Shown one piece after another: positions 35,360-46,379 of a stretch of DNA of 64,000 nucleotides. A program made the translations under genes and the position numbers. The first letter of the stretch is position 1. Each line of letters opens with the position of its first letter. Under the pieces are notes generated by a model that made no database searches, had not been told where the DNA came from, and saw nothing but the letters and a program-made list of their open reading frames with translations. The stretch is from Gemmatimonadota bacterium (GTDB taxonomy: Bacteria > Gemmatimonadota > Gemmatimonadetes > Gemmatimonadales > Gemmatimonadaceae). Location of the stretch: NCBI GenBank assembly GCA_034716715.1, contig JAYEKC010000026.1:5279-69278 (forward strand), read 5' to 3'.

Positions 35360-38300
35360 CTACATCGCCACCTTTGGCTTCGGCTTCGGGTCGATTTCCG
35401 GCAAGCCGTACTTCTTGAGGAGTTCGTTGTAGCGCTTCAGTTCCGTGGCGTAGATGGAATCCATCCGTTTGGTCTGGACCCCCAGCTTCGCATTCAACTC
35501 GTTGAACACCTGAACCGCCTGCGCCGTGGGCCGCCCCGGTCCGGACGACACCGAGCCGGTGAGCGCCGCGAGCTTGTTGTTGAGCTTGATCGGGAAGTTG
35601 AGCGGGTCCTGGTTGCTCTGGTTCTTGATCTGGTACACTTCCGCTTCGACGCCGGTCAGGTTGGTCGCCAGCGCCTTCCCCGAGTCGGTCAGCTCCCGGA
35701 CGCCCGCCGGCGGCGCTTGCTTCACGCGCGCGTCGATTTCCGTCTTCACGTGCCGCATCGAGATCACGGCCTCGTTGGCCTCGGTGACCTTGTCGCGGAT
35801 GTGCAGGAGGAATTGGAACTGGGCCAGTTGGTCGGCGGCGGTCGCCGGCGCACGGGGATCGTTGAGCAGCCGGAAAGTCTGCGACACGGGCGCCTGTCCC
35901 GCGGCCGTAAGCCGCACGGTGTACGTGCCGGCCGGTGCAACCGGTCCCCGAGTGTCGCCCGCCCAGAGGATCATCCCCGGGAACGTGACGGCGTCCGGAT
36001 AGCGCATGTTCCACGCGAACTGGTTGAGTCCCGCGTTGTTGGTGGTCCGCGTGGTCGGTGGGCCGAACCCCGGGCCGCCACCGCGCCCGCCCCGTCCGCC
36101 GCGCCCCCCACCACCCTGCGTCGTGTCCGGACGCGAGTTGAAGGACTTGATGAGCTTCCCGCCGGCATCGAGGAAGTCCAGCGTGACGTCTTGCCCGGCG
36201 GTGGCCAGTTGGTAGCTGACGATCACGCCGCTCGGCGGGTTCTGCCCCACCGGTCCGCCACCGCGGCCGCCGAATCCGCCACTCCAGTCGACGCGGTACG
36301 AATCCCGCGGCTTGTAGAGGTGCACCCTGGCAGACGCCACGGCCGGGCTCACCTGGCGAAGCACGGAGATGTCGTCCAGCACGTAGAACGACCGGCCGTG
36401 CGTTCCTGCGATCAGGTCACCGTCCTTGATCGTGAGGTCGTGCACCGGCACGGGCGGAAGGTTGAGCCGGAGCGGCTGCCACTGCGCCCCGTCGTTGAAC
36501 GAGACCCACACGCCACGCTCCGTCCCCGCGAACAGCAGGCCGCGCCGCACGGGGTCCTCGCGGATCGTGCGCGCGAATTCGCTCGCGGGGATGCCGTTCA
36601 CGATCCTCGTCCACGTCGCGCCGAAATCCGCGGTCTTGTACAGGATCGGCGAAAAGTCGTCCTGTTGGTATCGGTTCGCGGCGACGTACGCCGTGCCCGC
36701 CGCGTAGTGCCCCGCCTCGATGATCGACACGCGCGTGAAATCGCCGATGTCCTTCGGCGTGACGTCCTTCCAGGTGGCCCCGGCGTCATGGCTGACGTGA
36801 ATCAGGCCGTCGTCGGACCCGGCCCACAGCACGCCCTTCTGCACGGGCGACTCGGCGAACGCGAAGATCACGCCGTAGGTCTCGACGCCGGTCTGGTCCT
36901 TGGTGATCGGGCCGCCTGACGCTCCCAGGGTCTTCGGGTCGTTCCGTGCCAACGGCGGACTGATGATCTGGTAGCTCTGCCCCCCGTTTTTCGTCATGAA
37001 GAGCTGGCTACCACCCACGTACATCGTCGTGGCGTCGTGCGGCGAGAAGACGATGGGGAAGGTCCACTGGAACTTGTACTTGATGTCCTCGGAGGAAATG
37101 CCCATCGGGTTATCGGGCCACGGATTCACGTCCCATTCGAGCCCCGTGCGCATGTCCTTCCGGGTGAGCAGGCCGCCGTACGAGCCCGCAAACACGATGT
37201 CCGGGTTGGTTGGACTCACCGCGATGTATCCCGATTCGCCGCCGCCCGCATCCATCCAGTCACTGATCGTGATGCCGCCGGCCTTCCGGCTTGGTCCGCA
37301 CAGCGTGCTGTTGTCCTGTTGTGCGCCGCAGATCTTGTACGGGAACTGATTGCTGGTCGTCACGTGGTACATCTGCGCGGTGGCGAAGTCCTGCTCCGTC
37401 CAGGTCTCGCCTCCGTTCGTCGACACGTTGGCGCCGCCGTCGTTCGACTCGATCATGCGATTCGGGTCGTTCGGCGCGATCCAGAGGTCGTGGTTGTCCC
37501 CGTGCGGCACCTGAATCGGCTGCCCGAAGGTCTTGCCGCCGTCGCGGGAGCGATACCATTGCACGTTGAGGGCATACACCACGTTGGTGTCCTTCGGGTC
37601 CGCGTAGATGCGGGTGTAGTACCAGGCGCGCTGCCGCAGGTTGCGGTCTGCGTTCAGGTGCGTCCACGTCGCCCCGCCGTCGTCCGAACGGTACACGCCG
37701 CCCGAGTCCGCCTCGATCAGCGCCCAGATCCGGCTCGACCTCGCCCCCGACACCGCCAGGCCGATCTTCCCCCATGGCTGTCCCGGCAATCCGGCGTTCC
37801 CCGTCAGCTCCCGCCAGGTCTCTCCTCCATCCGTTGACTTGAAGATCCCGCCGCCGGGTCCGCCCGAGTTCAGCGACCATGGCGTCCGGTACGCATGCCA
37901 GAACGCCGCGTACAGCACGTTGGGGTCGTTCGGATCAACGGCCAGGTCCGAGATGCCGGTCTGGGCGTCGCGGTAGAGAACCTTCTTCCACGTCGCGCCG
38001 CCGTCGGTGGTCTTGAACACGCCACGCTGCTCGTTCGCCCCGAACGCATGCCCCATCAGCGCCACCCACACGACGTTCGGGTTCGACGGGTGGATGCGGA
38101 TGCGGTTCACGTGGTTGCGCACGTCGAAGAACGAGATCCGCGTCCACGTCTTTCCCGCGTCCGCACTCTTCCACACGCCGTCGCCGGGAGCCGTGTTGCC
38201 GCGGATGTCCGTCTCGCCACCGCCAGCCCAGACGATGTCCGGGTTGGACGCCGCCACCTGCACCGCGCCGATCGTCCCGCCGAAGTACGCATCCGACATC

Positions 38301-38551
38301 GGCGCCCACGTGAGCCCGCCGTCCGTCGTCTTGAACACGCCCCCGCCGGTCGTGCCCATCCAGTACTCGTTCGGCCGCGCAGCGCTGCCCGCCACGGCGA
38401 CGGACCGGCCGCCACGGTACGGCCCGATCTCGCGCCAGCGCATGCCACTGAGCGCGAGCGAATCAAGGGCCTGCGCGCCAAGGGACCCCGCCAGCGCAAT
38501 CATCGCGATGCCGCTCACGGCGGCGTGCGCATACGTTCGATTCATCAGCAT
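35360..38551 (-). CDS. Exported VPS10/sortilin-like BNR (Asp-box) repeat protein, about 1063 aa
   Basis: Trimmed to ATG 38549-38551, preceded by GAGGGAA, with a signal peptide. It has at least 10 Asp-box-like motifs (TTDGGLTW, SADAGKTW, TTDGGATW, STDGGETW, SDDGGATW, SRDGGKTF, SHDAGATW, TADFGATW and others) and carries GGFGGRGGG and GGGGRGGRGGRGGG inserts. Confidence 0.8.
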   Translation of the reverse strand: MLMNRTYAHAAVSGIAMIALAGSLGAQALDSLALSGMRWREIGPYRGGRSVAVAGSAARPNEYWMGTTGGGVFKTTDGGLTWAPMSDAYFGGTIGAVQVAASNPDIVWAGGGETDIRGNTAPGDGVWKSADAGKTWTRISFFDVRNHVNRIRIHPSNPNVVWVALMGHAFGANEQRGVFKTTDGGATWKKVLYRDAQTGISDLAVDPNDPNVLYAAFWHAYRTPWSLNSGGPGGGIFKSTDGGETWRELTGNAGLPGQPWGKIGLAVSGARSSRIWALIEADSGGVYRSDDGGATWTHLNADRNLRQRAWYYTRIYADPKDTNVVYALNVQWYRSRDGGKTFGQPIQVPHGDNHDLWIAPNDPNRMIESNDGGANVSTNGGETWTEQDFATAQMYHVTTSNQFPYKICGAQQDNSTLCGPSRKAGGITISDWMDAGGGESGYIAVSPTNPDIVFAGSYGGLLTRKDMRTGLEWDVNPWPDNPMGISSEDIKYKFQWTFPIVFSPHDATTMYVGGSQLFMTKNGGQSYQIISPPLARNDPKTLGASGGPITKDQTGVETYGVIFAFAESPVQKGVLWAGSDDGLIHVSHDAGATWKDVTPKDIGDFTRVSIIEAGHYAAGTAYVAANRYQQDDFSPILYKTADFGATWTRIVNGIPASEFARTIREDPVRRGLLFAGTERGVWVSFNDGAQWQPLRLNLPPVPVHDLTIKDGDLIAGTHGRSFYVLDDISVLRQVSPAVASARVHLYKPRDSYRVDWSGGFGGRGGGPVGQNPPSGVIVSYQLATAGQDVTLDFLDAGGKLIKSFNSRPDTTQGGGGRGGRGGRGGGPGFGPPTTRTTNNAGLNQFAWNMRYPDAVTFPGMILWAGDTRGPVAPAGTYTVRLTAAGQAPVSQTFRLLNDPRAPATAADQLAQFQFLLHIRDKVTEANEAVISMRHVKTEIDARVKQAPPAGVRELTDSGKALATNLTGVEAEVYQIKNQSNQDPLNFPIKLNNKLAALTGSVSSGPGRPTAQAVQVFNELNAKLGVQTKRMDSIYATELKRYNELLKKYGLPEIDPKPKPKVAM

Positions 38552-38721
38552 CGTCGTTCCCTCACGTCGGACTTCGTCCATATGCGAAACGTTTGCGCCC
38601 GCGCGTGTCGCGGCAAGGGGCGAAGCCCATCCGGCCTCCGCGCGCCTCCGGTAGATTTCGGGATGCCGGCCCTCAGGCAACCTCGGCGTGCCCCGCGGCC
38701 CAACGCCCGCTGGAGCAGGGC

Positions 38722-39759
38722 GTGAGCCGCTGGCGCTGGGCGCTCGTGGCACTCTCGTTCGCCGCGACCACCGGCATCACTATCTACCTCCTCCGGGTGG
38801 GATTCTCGCACCCCGGCCCGCATCCTGTCCTCCCGCCCTGGGCGCACGCCACTGCGCTCCTCGCCGTGCTGCTGGAAATCGGCACCCGGGCGGTCAAGAT
38901 CCACTGGAGCGCCGCGGCCCTGCGCATCCCGCTGCGATTCGGCACGTCGTTGCGCGTGTGCCTGGGAGGCGACTTCGCCGCGTCGATCACGCCGGCGCGT
39001 TCCGGCGCCGAACCCGCGCGCTTTCTCGTCCTTGCTGAGGATGGCGTGACGCCGGCGCCTGCGTTGCTCATCCTCTTCACCGAACTGCTGCTCGAGACGT
39101 GGTCGCTCGTCCTCCTCTGCGCCGCGTTTCTCGTTGCATTTCGCGGACAGGGAACCGTCCTCGGCCTCATGACCGCCATGATTGGCGGCTACGCCGTGCT
39201 CGTCCTGGCCGCCGGTGGCGCCGCCTATGTGCTGTCGCGACGCCACTCGCGGGGCCCGCCGCCGCCACTCGCCCTCGCCGTCGGCCTCCACGCGGGCCGG
39301 TGGCGGGCGGTCCAGCGCGCCATGCGCGCCCTGCGCACCAACCTGGCCGCTCTGCGCCATGCCTCGATCGGACCGATGCTCGGGGCGTTCGTGGCGTCAC
39401 TGGTCCACGTGAGCCTGAGGCTCTGCGTCCTGCCGATCATCGGGCTTGCACTCGACCCCTCACTCCCGTTTTCCGCCCTCGTGCTCTGGCCGCTCGTGTT
39501 CCTGTATGGCGGCGCCGTGGCGCCGGCCCCGGGGGGCGGCGGCGCCGTCGAGTTCGGGTTCCGCTACGCTTACGAAGGCGTCATGGCGCCGGCCGTGCTC
39601 GGCGGCGCGTTGCTCTGGTGGCGCTTCTACACGTTTTACCTGTACGTCCTGCTCGGCGGCCTGTCGGTCGGCGGCACTGTGCTCAAGGCGCTCCGCGCGC
39701 AGCGGCACGGCCGGCTTCACGCGCGGGCGGCCCACCGCGACGACAGCGCGGCGACATAG
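38722..39759 (+). CDS. Flippase-like membrane protein (lysylphosphatidylglycerol-synthase TM-region family, UPF0104)
   Basis: Start set at GTG 38722. Multi-pass membrane protein containing GDFAASITPARSGAEPARF, a block I associate with this family. Confidence 0.6.
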   Translation: MSRWRWALVALSFAATTGITIYLLRVGFSHPGPHPVLPPWAHATALLAVLLEIGTRAVKIHWSAAALRIPLRFGTSLRVCLGGDFAASITPARSGAEPARFLVLAEDGVTPAPALLILFTELLLETWSLVLLCAAFLVAFRGQGTVLGLMTAMIGGYAVLVLAAGGAAYVLSRRHSRGPPPPLALAVGLHAGRWRAVQRAMRALRTNLAALRHASIGPMLGAFVASLVHVSLRLCVLPIIGLALDPSLPFSALVLWPLVFLYGGAVAPAPGGGGAVEFGFRYAYEGVMAPAVLGGALLWWRFYTFYLYVLLGGLSVGGTVLKALRAQRHGRLHARAAHRDDSAAT

Positions 39760-39771
39760 CCGCCCGCGTCG

Positions 39772-41109
39772 TCAGGTCGAGGACGGCCCGGAGGGCTGTC
39801 CCGGTTTGGCTTCGGGAATGGTTTTGGCCTCCGTTCCCGCGTCATCCGGTATCGCCGGCACTGCCTTCGAGACGCGTGCCGCTTCCTTCGCCGCGGCCAC
39901 AGCCTGGTCCACGGCCGACTGGGCGGCGCTGGCCATGCGGGGCAACGGCGTCTTGTCGTCGACCACTGCCACGCGTCGCTCCCACTGGCGCATCATCTTG
40001 ATGAAGGCGTGCGCGAGCTCCGCATCGAAGTCCGGCCCGGCGCCGCGCTCGATCTGCTCGAGCACCCGCTCCGCTTCCCATGCCGGCCGGTACGGCCGGT
40101 TCGTTCGCAACGCATCGTACACGTCGCAGATGTGGACGAGCTTGCTGGCCTTGTGCGGTTCGCGACGGAAGTGCCTCGCCGGGTAGCCGCCACCGTCGAT
40201 CATGATGTGGTGCTCGTACGCCACGGCGGACGCCAGGTCGAGCTGCCGGTCGCTCTCGTAGATGATCTTCGCGCCGTCCACCGGGTGGCGCCGCATGACC
40301 TTCCACTCGTCGTCGGTCAGCTTGCCGGGCTTCGTCAGGACTTCCAGCGGAATGCGAACCTTCCCGAGGTCGTGGAGGAGGCCGGCAACCCCGAATGCCC
40401 GCACGTCTTTCGGCCCGAGCCCGATGTACTCGGCCAGCGCCATCGCCAGCACGCTCACGTTCAGCGAGTGCGTGGTCGTGTACTGGTCGAACTCCTTCAG
40501 TTGCAGGAGCGGGATCACGATGTCGCGGTCGCCGTGCATCGCCACCGCGAGCGACCGGACCACGCTTTCGGCCTCGAGGAGCGGAAGCTCGCCCGTCACC
40601 TGCACCTCGTCGTGCAGCCACCGGATGGCATCCGCCTCCTCGCCAAGCGAGTAGGCGATGGTTGCGGTGGGCAACAGGTCCTCGACCCGCTGCACGCCTT
40701 CCGTGCCCCGCACGCCGATGGCCCCGAACTTGATCGTCGATCGACGTTCCGGGCTCCGGGTGGCCGACTCCGCTGCGATCAGTGAAATGCGCGACAGCAC
40801 GTCGTCGAGGAACGCCTCGTACTCGTCGCGCGTCACCTGGCGTGGAAATTCCAGGCGCTGGACCCCGGCGTTGGCCAGCCGCAGCCCCCAATCCCAGTCC
40901 TTGAGCTCCCGCAGCGCGGACTTCCCGTAGATCACGTCGAGCCCGAGGAAGGAGAACTGCGGCGACGGGTCGATCTCCTGCAGGCGCTTCAGCTGCTCGA
41001 ACGAATTGTCGATCGTCCGCATGCGTGCGGGGTGCTCGCCCTGATACAGCGACATCGTCGCCAGCGATTGGGCGAATGCGTTGAGGAACTTCGCGGCCTC
41101 CGCGCTCAT
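39772..41109 (-). CDS. HD-GYP domain protein (c-di-GMP phosphodiesterase class II type) with an uncharacterised N-terminal domain
   Basis: HD: THSLNVSVL...AGLLHDLGK. HD-GYP: YEHHIMIDGGGYP. The ATG 41107-41109 overlaps the upstream stop (ATGA). Confidence 0.85.
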   Translation of the reverse strand: MSAEAAKFLNAFAQSLATMSLYQGEHPARMRTIDNSFEQLKRLQEIDPSPQFSFLGLDVIYGKSALRELKDWDWGLRLANAGVQRLEFPRQVTRDEYEAFLDDVLSRISLIAAESATRSPERRSTIKFGAIGVRGTEGVQRVEDLLPTATIAYSLGEEADAIRWLHDEVQVTGELPLLEAESVVRSLAVAMHGDRDIVIPLLQLKEFDQYTTTHSLNVSVLAMALAEYIGLGPKDVRAFGVAGLLHDLGKVRIPLEVLTKPGKLTDDEWKVMRRHPVDGAKIIYESDRQLDLASAVAYEHHIMIDGGGYPARHFRREPHKASKLVHICDVYDALRTNRPYRPAWEAERVLEQIERGAGPDFDAELAHAFIKMMRQWERRVAVVDDKTPLPRMASAAQSAVDQAVAAAKEAARVSKAVPAIPDDAGTEAKTIPEAKPGQPSGPSST

Positions 41110-41975
41110 GACGTACCGGTCCGGCGCGCCACCGCGTCGCGGATGTCCTTGTCGCTGCTGCGCAGCGCCATTTGGAGCACTTCTTTTGCCGCCGGGTCGT
41201 CCGCCCAGTGCGTGGCGAGCCCGGCCAACGCAGCCAGCATCTCGGGCGTCGCGGCCGCAAGGGCGTTGCGGCGCAGGAACCTCCGCTTCCCTGCCACGCG
41301 GGCCAGGAGGAACGCCTGTGTCGCGGGAGTCTTGCACGAAGCCGCGGCGCGAATGCCGAGGGCGCGAAGGTCTGGCGTCAGCGCGGGATCGTCCGCGCGC
41401 TCGAGCAACGCCGCCGCCGCCAGCGGCGGACAGTTCGTCATTGCCGCGCCGAGCGCCAGGCGGACGATGCGTTCGTCCGGGTCGGCGAGGGCGGCGGCGA
41501 TCGCCTCATCCCGGGTGGCCGCATCGCGCATCAGCGACCGGAATGCCTCGCGCCGCACCGCCGCGTCGGGGTAGCTGGTGAACCCGGCCAGGTCGAATCC
41601 GTCGGGCAGGTTCCCCACCCGGGTCAGCACCGAGAGCAGGAGGCGGAGCTGGCCCGCACGCGCGCCGTCGGCCCTGGCGGCAATCAGCGGTGCGACGTCC
41701 GGCCCGAGCCGAACCAGCATCTCCACGTACGCCGATGCCGTACGGTCGTCGAGGCCTTCGAGGCCGTCGAGAAGCGCCGGCGCGGCGGCAAGGCCCATGC
41801 GTTCGACCAGTCGCTCGATCACGGCCAGGTCCGGCGCCCGGCGATCGAGTTGTCGGTACAGAACGTCCGGCGACGCCGTGTGCCGCCAGAGGGCTTCCTT
41901 CATCCAGCCGTCGGGCGCCGCGTCGAGAATGCCCAGGAGTGGCGTGAGGTCCTCGGCCGCCGTCATGGCGGTCAT
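41106..41975 (-). CDS. Helical-repeat (HEAT-like) protein of unknown function
   Basis: 289 aa, Ala/Leu-rich with repeated helix-turn-helix units (DPDERIVRLALGAA, DPALTPDLRALGIRAA, SSDKDIRDAVARR). Translationally coupled on both sides (ATGA). Confidence 0.6.
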   Translation of the reverse strand: MTAMTAAEDLTPLLGILDAAPDGWMKEALWRHTASPDVLYRQLDRRAPDLAVIERLVERMGLAAAPALLDGLEGLDDRTASAYVEMLVRLGPDVAPLIAARADGARAGQLRLLLSVLTRVGNLPDGFDLAGFTSYPDAAVRREAFRSLMRDAATRDEAIAAALADPDERIVRLALGAAMTNCPPLAAAALLERADDPALTPDLRALGIRAAASCKTPATQAFLLARVAGKRRFLRRNALAAATPEMLAALAGLATHWADDPAAKEVLQMALRSSDKDIRDAVARRTGTS

Positions 41976-42916
41976 CGCGCGCCAGACCGGATCGCCCAGC
42001 GTCTCGATCTCGAGCTGTCCGCGGCCGCCTGGACCAACTCGACGATCGCGTCGACCGCCATCCCCTGCGTGGCATCCAGCACGAACTTCTTGCGCTGCTT
42101 CGTGTCCCCACCCATCTCCAGCAGTCGCGTCAGCGTGTCGGGTTGCAGCGTCGCCACCAGGCGGGAGATGCGTTTCTGCAGCGCGGCGGCGTCCTTGCCG
42201 CCCTTCTTCTTGAGCTCCTCCGCGATTTGGAGGAGGTAGCCCACTACCACCTGGTCGTACGCGGCATCGCGCTTGTGCTCGTCGATCGCCTTGGCCACCA
42301 GCACCGGGTCCGCGGATTCCGCCTTCGCCGAATCCTCGTCCGTGTTCGCCGCGATGGCGGCGCGAGCCAAGCCGATCCAGAGCTGCGCCGCGCGGCTGCG
42401 GTCACCGCGAAGCTCGTCGCCCTCGGCCGTGTTCGGGTCTTCGTCGAGCAGCTGGAGCTGTTCGAAGGTCAGCGGAAAGAGCCGCACGTGCTCCCACTTC
42501 TGCAGCACCTCCGGCCCCTCGAGGCCGAGGGGCTTGGCCCGCCGGCCAACGTCCACCGCAACCGTCGCAAGCGCGTCGGCCACCTCCTCCAGGCGCACGC
42601 CTGCCGTGAACTTCACGGCCCCCAGATGGTGCTTGTGCAGGCGCTGCGCAAGGTCGCGCAGCACGGGATTGCTCTCGTCGGTCGCCACGCCCTCGATGAT
42701 CAGTTGCTGCCGCGCCACGCCGAGCGTCAGCGTCGACCGCATCTGCAGGAGGGCGCCCAGGCGGTGAGTGATGCCCGTCGTCGCGCCCTCCAGCAACGGG
42801 TGGCCAGGCGGATAAATCGCGTTCTTGTGCAACCCGATCGACAGCTCGATCAGGAAGTCGGACAGCTCGCGCGACAGCGTCGCTGCGGCGGCTCCGCCGG
42901 CGACCGGTTGGGTCAT
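41972..42916 (-). CDS. Stand-alone paralog of the HD-GYP protein's N-terminal domain
   Basis: Trimmed to ATG 42914-42916. [33 protein letters not shown] aligns by eye with FLNAFAQSLATMSLYQGEHPARMRTIDNSFEQL of the HD-GYP gene, and [16 protein letters not shown] aligns with LEFPRQVTRDEYEAFL. Confidence 0.6.
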   Translation of the reverse strand: MTQPVAGGAAAATLSRELSDFLIELSIGLHKNAIYPPGHPLLEGATTGITHRLGALLQMRSTLTLGVARQQLIIEGVATDESNPVLRDLAQRLHKHHLGAVKFTAGVRLEEVADALATVAVDVGRRAKPLGLEGPEVLQKWEHVRLFPLTFEQLQLLDEDPNTAEGDELRGDRSRAAQLWIGLARAAIAANTDEDSAKAESADPVLVAKAIDEHKRDAAYDQVVVGYLLQIAEELKKKGGKDAAALQKRISRLVATLQPDTLTRLLEMGGDTKQRKKFVLDATQGMAVDAIVELVQAAADSSRSRRWAIRSGAR

Positions 42917-43046
42917 CACGCAATTATGGGGGCACGCTCGCGGTGCGGCAAAGCACGGGCCCGCATGTCGAGGCGTCGCCTGCGTCGGCCCGCGCCTGCG
43001 GCTAGCTTTCGCGCGTCCCCGTCCCCTCCCGCCGCCTTCGCACGCT

Positions 43047-45056
43047 GTGTCACACGCCGATCTCGAGCTCCTCGCCATCAACACGGTGCGCACGCTGGCG
43101 ATGGATGCCGTGCAGGCGGCCGAGTCCGGGCACCCGGGCACGCCGATGGCCCTCGCGCCACTGGCCTACGTGCTCTTCCATCGTCACATGCGGCACAACC
43201 CCGCCGACCCGGCGTGGCCCGATCGGGATCGCTTCGTCCTCTCGGCGGGCCATGCGTCGATGTTGCTTTACGCGGCCCTCCATCTCTCGGGATACGACCT
43301 CTCGCTGGAGGACCTCCGCCACTTCCGCCAGTGGGGCAGCAAGACGCCGGGCCATCCGGAGGCCGGCCACACCCCCGGCGTCGAGACGACCACCGGTCCC
43401 CTCGGGCAGGGCATCGGCAACGCCGTCGGCATGGCGCTGGCCGAGCGAGCGCTGGCGGCGGCCTTCAACCGTGCCGATCACGTGGTGGTGGACCACGTCA
43501 CGTGGTTCATTGCCGGCGACGGCGACCTGATGGAGGGCGTCTCGCATGAGGCCGCATCGTTTGCCGGACACCAGAAGCTCGGCAAGCTGATCGGGCTCTT
43601 CGACGACAACCGGATCACGATCGACGGGAGCACGGACTTGTCGTGCTCCGACGACGTCGCCGCCCGCTTCACCGCGTACGGCTGGCAGGTCCTGCACGTG
43701 GCAGACGTCAATGACCTCGCCGCGCTCGACGCTACCATCGCCGCCGCACGGGCCGAAGACGGCCGCCCCTCGCTCATCATCGTCCGGTCGCACATCGGGT
43801 ATGGCAGCCCCAACCGCGTGGATACCGCCAAGGCGCACGGCGAACCGCTGGGCAAGGACGAGGTGGTCCTCGCGAAGAAGACGCTTGGATGGCCGTGGAC
43901 GGAGCCCTTCACGGTGCCGCCGGAAGCCCTCGCGCACTGGCGCACCGCCCGCGACCGCGGCGCGGCGTCCCAGGACGCCTGGCGCCGCCGGTTGATTGCC
44001 TATGCCCAGGCCTTTCCCGACGACGCAAAGGAATTCGGCCGCCGCGCGCACGGTGACCTGCCCGCAGGGTGGGAAGCCGCGCTGCCCGCGTTCGACGAAT
44101 CCAACGGCAACATCGCCTCGCGGGCCGCGTCGGGCGTCGTCCTCAACGCCATCGCGCCGCGGATCCCGGAGCTCGTGGGCGGATCCGCCGACCTGTCCGG
44201 TTCGAACCTCACGACCGTCAAGGGAGCTGCCGTCATGTCGGCGCGCGACCCCGGCGGGCGCAACCTGCATTTCGGCATTCGGGAGCACGCGATGGGCGCC
44301 GTGATGAACGGCATGTCCCTGCACGGCGGCTTCATCCCGTACGGCGGGACGTTCCTCGTGTTCTCCGACTACATGCGCCCCGCCATCCGGTTGGCGGCGC
44401 TGATGGGTCGTCAGGTGATCTACGTGTTCACGCACGACTCCATCGGCCTGGGTGAGGATGGCCCCACACACCAACCGGTGGAACACCTCACGGCGCTCCG
44501 CTGCATCCCGAACCTCACCGTGATCCGGCCCGCCGACGCAGCCGAGACGACGGAGGCGTGGCGCGCGGCCCTCAGGCATCGCCACGGCCCCACCGCCCTG
44601 GTCCTCACGCGACAGAAGCTCGCCCTTCTGGATCGCGCAACGCTTGCCCCGGCGGCGGGCGTCGCCCGCGGTGCCTACATTCTCGCAGATGTTCCGTCGC
44701 CCGCCGTCGTGCTGCTCGCGTCCGGCTCCGAGGTCGGCGTGGCCCTCGGCGCGCAGGCGTTGTTGCGCGCGGAGCGGATTGCCGCCCGTGTGGTGAGCGC
44801 CCCCAGTCTCGAGCTGTTCCGTTCGCAGGACGCGGCGTACCGAGCGGCTGTTATCCCCCCGGGCCTTCCTCGCGTCGCGGTGGAAGCCGCCCATTCCATG
44901 TCGTGGCACGAATTCGTCGGCGACAGCGGAGCCATTGTCGGGATCGACCGGTTCGGCGCGTCCGCTCCGTACCAGAAACTGTACGAGGAGTACGGCATCA
45001 CGCCTGCCGCGGTGGCGGACGCCGCTCGCCGCGTGGCCCGTGGCGTTTCGGGCTAG
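43047..45056 (+). CDS. tkt: Transketolase
   Basis: Start at GTG 43047 ([31 protein letters not shown]). Blocks [23 protein letters not shown] and GDGDLMEG. 669 aa. Confidence 0.92.
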   Translation: MSHADLELLAINTVRTLAMDAVQAAESGHPGTPMALAPLAYVLFHRHMRHNPADPAWPDRDRFVLSAGHASMLLYAALHLSGYDLSLEDLRHFRQWGSKTPGHPEAGHTPGVETTTGPLGQGIGNAVGMALAERALAAAFNRADHVVVDHVTWFIAGDGDLMEGVSHEAASFAGHQKLGKLIGLFDDNRITIDGSTDLSCSDDVAARFTAYGWQVLHVADVNDLAALDATIAAARAEDGRPSLIIVRSHIGYGSPNRVDTAKAHGEPLGKDEVVLAKKTLGWPWTEPFTVPPEALAHWRTARDRGAASQDAWRRRLIAYAQAFPDDAKEFGRRAHGDLPAGWEAALPAFDESNGNIASRAASGVVLNAIAPRIPELVGGSADLSGSNLTTVKGAAVMSARDPGGRNLHFGIREHAMGAVMNGMSLHGGFIPYGGTFLVFSDYMRPAIRLAALMGRQVIYVFTHDSIGLGEDGPTHQPVEHLTALRCIPNLTVIRPADAAETTEAWRAALRHRHGPTALVLTRQKLALLDRATLAPAAGVARGAYILADVPSPAVVLLASGSEVGVALGAQALLRAERIAARVVSAPSLELFRSQDAAYRAAVIPPGLPRVAVEAAHSMSWHEFVGDSGAIVGIDRFGASAPYQKLYEEYGITPAAVADAARRVARGVSG

Positions 45057-46303
45057 CCGCTCTCGGTTTCCGGGTCCAGCCCGCGAAGCGCCCGCAGCGT
45101 CGGGTTCTTCCAGGCCGTAACACCAACCACCGCCAGCGTCAGGAAGCCGCCAAGCACCACGCTGGGCACGGCGCCGAACCAGTCCGCCGTCACGCCGGAC
45201 TCGAACGCGCCGATTTCGTTTGAGCTGCCCACGAAGATGCCGTTGACGGACATGACGCGCCCGAGAAGCTCGGGCGGGGTACGCGTGGTCAACAGCGTCG
45301 AGCGGATGAACACGCTGACCATGTCGGCCGCGCCACTCACGACGAGGGCGCCCACCGCGAATGCAAAGTTCGTCGACACACCGAACGCAACCATCGCCAC
45401 CCCGTAGATCGCCACGGCGCGAAGCAGCGTGCGGCCGGTCTGCCGGAATGGCCTGGCGTGCGTCAGCACCACGGACGTGATTACGGCGCCGATGGCGGGG
45501 GCGGATCGGAGCAATCCGAGGCCCGACGCACCCACGTGCAGGATGTCCGCTGCGTAGATCGGCAGCAGCGCCACGGCACCGCCGAACAGCACGGAGAACA
45601 TGTCCAGGGTCAGCGCACCGAGCACCACCTTTTCCCGGAACACGAACCGGACGCCCGAAACCAGCCGCTGGATGATCGGCTCCGTGGCCGGGCGAACTGG
45701 CAGGGGCGCGCGTTCGATCCGGAACAGGAAGAGCACGCCGCACGCCGTCAGGATGGCATCGGCGGCGTAGGAAAGGCGCAAGCCGCCCAAGGCGTAGAGG
45801 AGGCCGCCCAGGGCCGGGCCGATGACCGCGGCGAGCTGCCAGGCCCCGCTGCGCCAGGTCACTGAGCGTGTGAACAGCACACGCGGAACCACCTCGGCGC
45901 CAAGTGCCTGTCTGGCGGGTTGCAGGAAACTCCGCGCCACGCCGCTCATGATGATCACCAGGTAGATCGCCTTCGGCAGCGCCGGTGATCGCGATCCGAG
46001 CGCCGCCGGCAGGACCAGCAGGGCAAGCGCGCTCGCGAAGTACACGGTCAACGCCACGATCGCCACGCGCCGTCGGTCGTGGACGTCGGTGATGTGCCCG
46101 GCGTACAGCGACATCGCGATGAACGGGACGGCCTCCGCCAACCCGATCAACCCCAGCGCCAGCGGATCCCGCGTCAGCTCGTACATCTGCCAGCCCACGA
46201 TGGTCCCTTGGATCATCGTCGCCAGCGTCATGCAGACGATGGCCAGCACGTAGCGCCGGAAGTTTGCGATGCGGAGCGGGGCGTACGGGTCGGCGTCCGG
46301 CAC
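45053..46303 (-). CDS. MFS transporter
   Basis: 416 aa with about 12 hydrophobic helices. The N-terminal [18 protein letters not shown]...[12 protein letters not shown] pattern is typical of MFS_1-type exporters. Confidence 0.8.
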   Translation of the reverse strand: MPDADPYAPLRIANFRRYVLAIVCMTLATMIQGTIVGWQMYELTRDPLALGLIGLAEAVPFIAMSLYAGHITDVHDRRRVAIVALTVYFASALALLVLPAALGSRSPALPKAIYLVIIMSGVARSFLQPARQALGAEVVPRVLFTRSVTWRSGAWQLAAVIGPALGGLLYALGGLRLSYAADAILTACGVLFLFRIERAPLPVRPATEPIIQRLVSGVRFVFREKVVLGALTLDMFSVLFGGAVALLPIYAADILHVGASGLGLLRSAPAIGAVITSVVLTHARPFRQTGRTLLRAVAIYGVAMVAFGVSTNFAFAVGALVVSGAADMVSVFIRSTLLTTRTPPELLGRVMSVNGIFVGSSNEIGAFESGVTADWFGAVPSVVLGGFLTLAVVGVTAWKNPTLRALRGLDPETESG

Positions 46304-46379
46304 GCGCGAATCCTAAGCGGGGCACGTCGCCCCTTGCCACTCGCGGCGCTGCGGAGCATCGTGACGGGTCCATCCGCCC

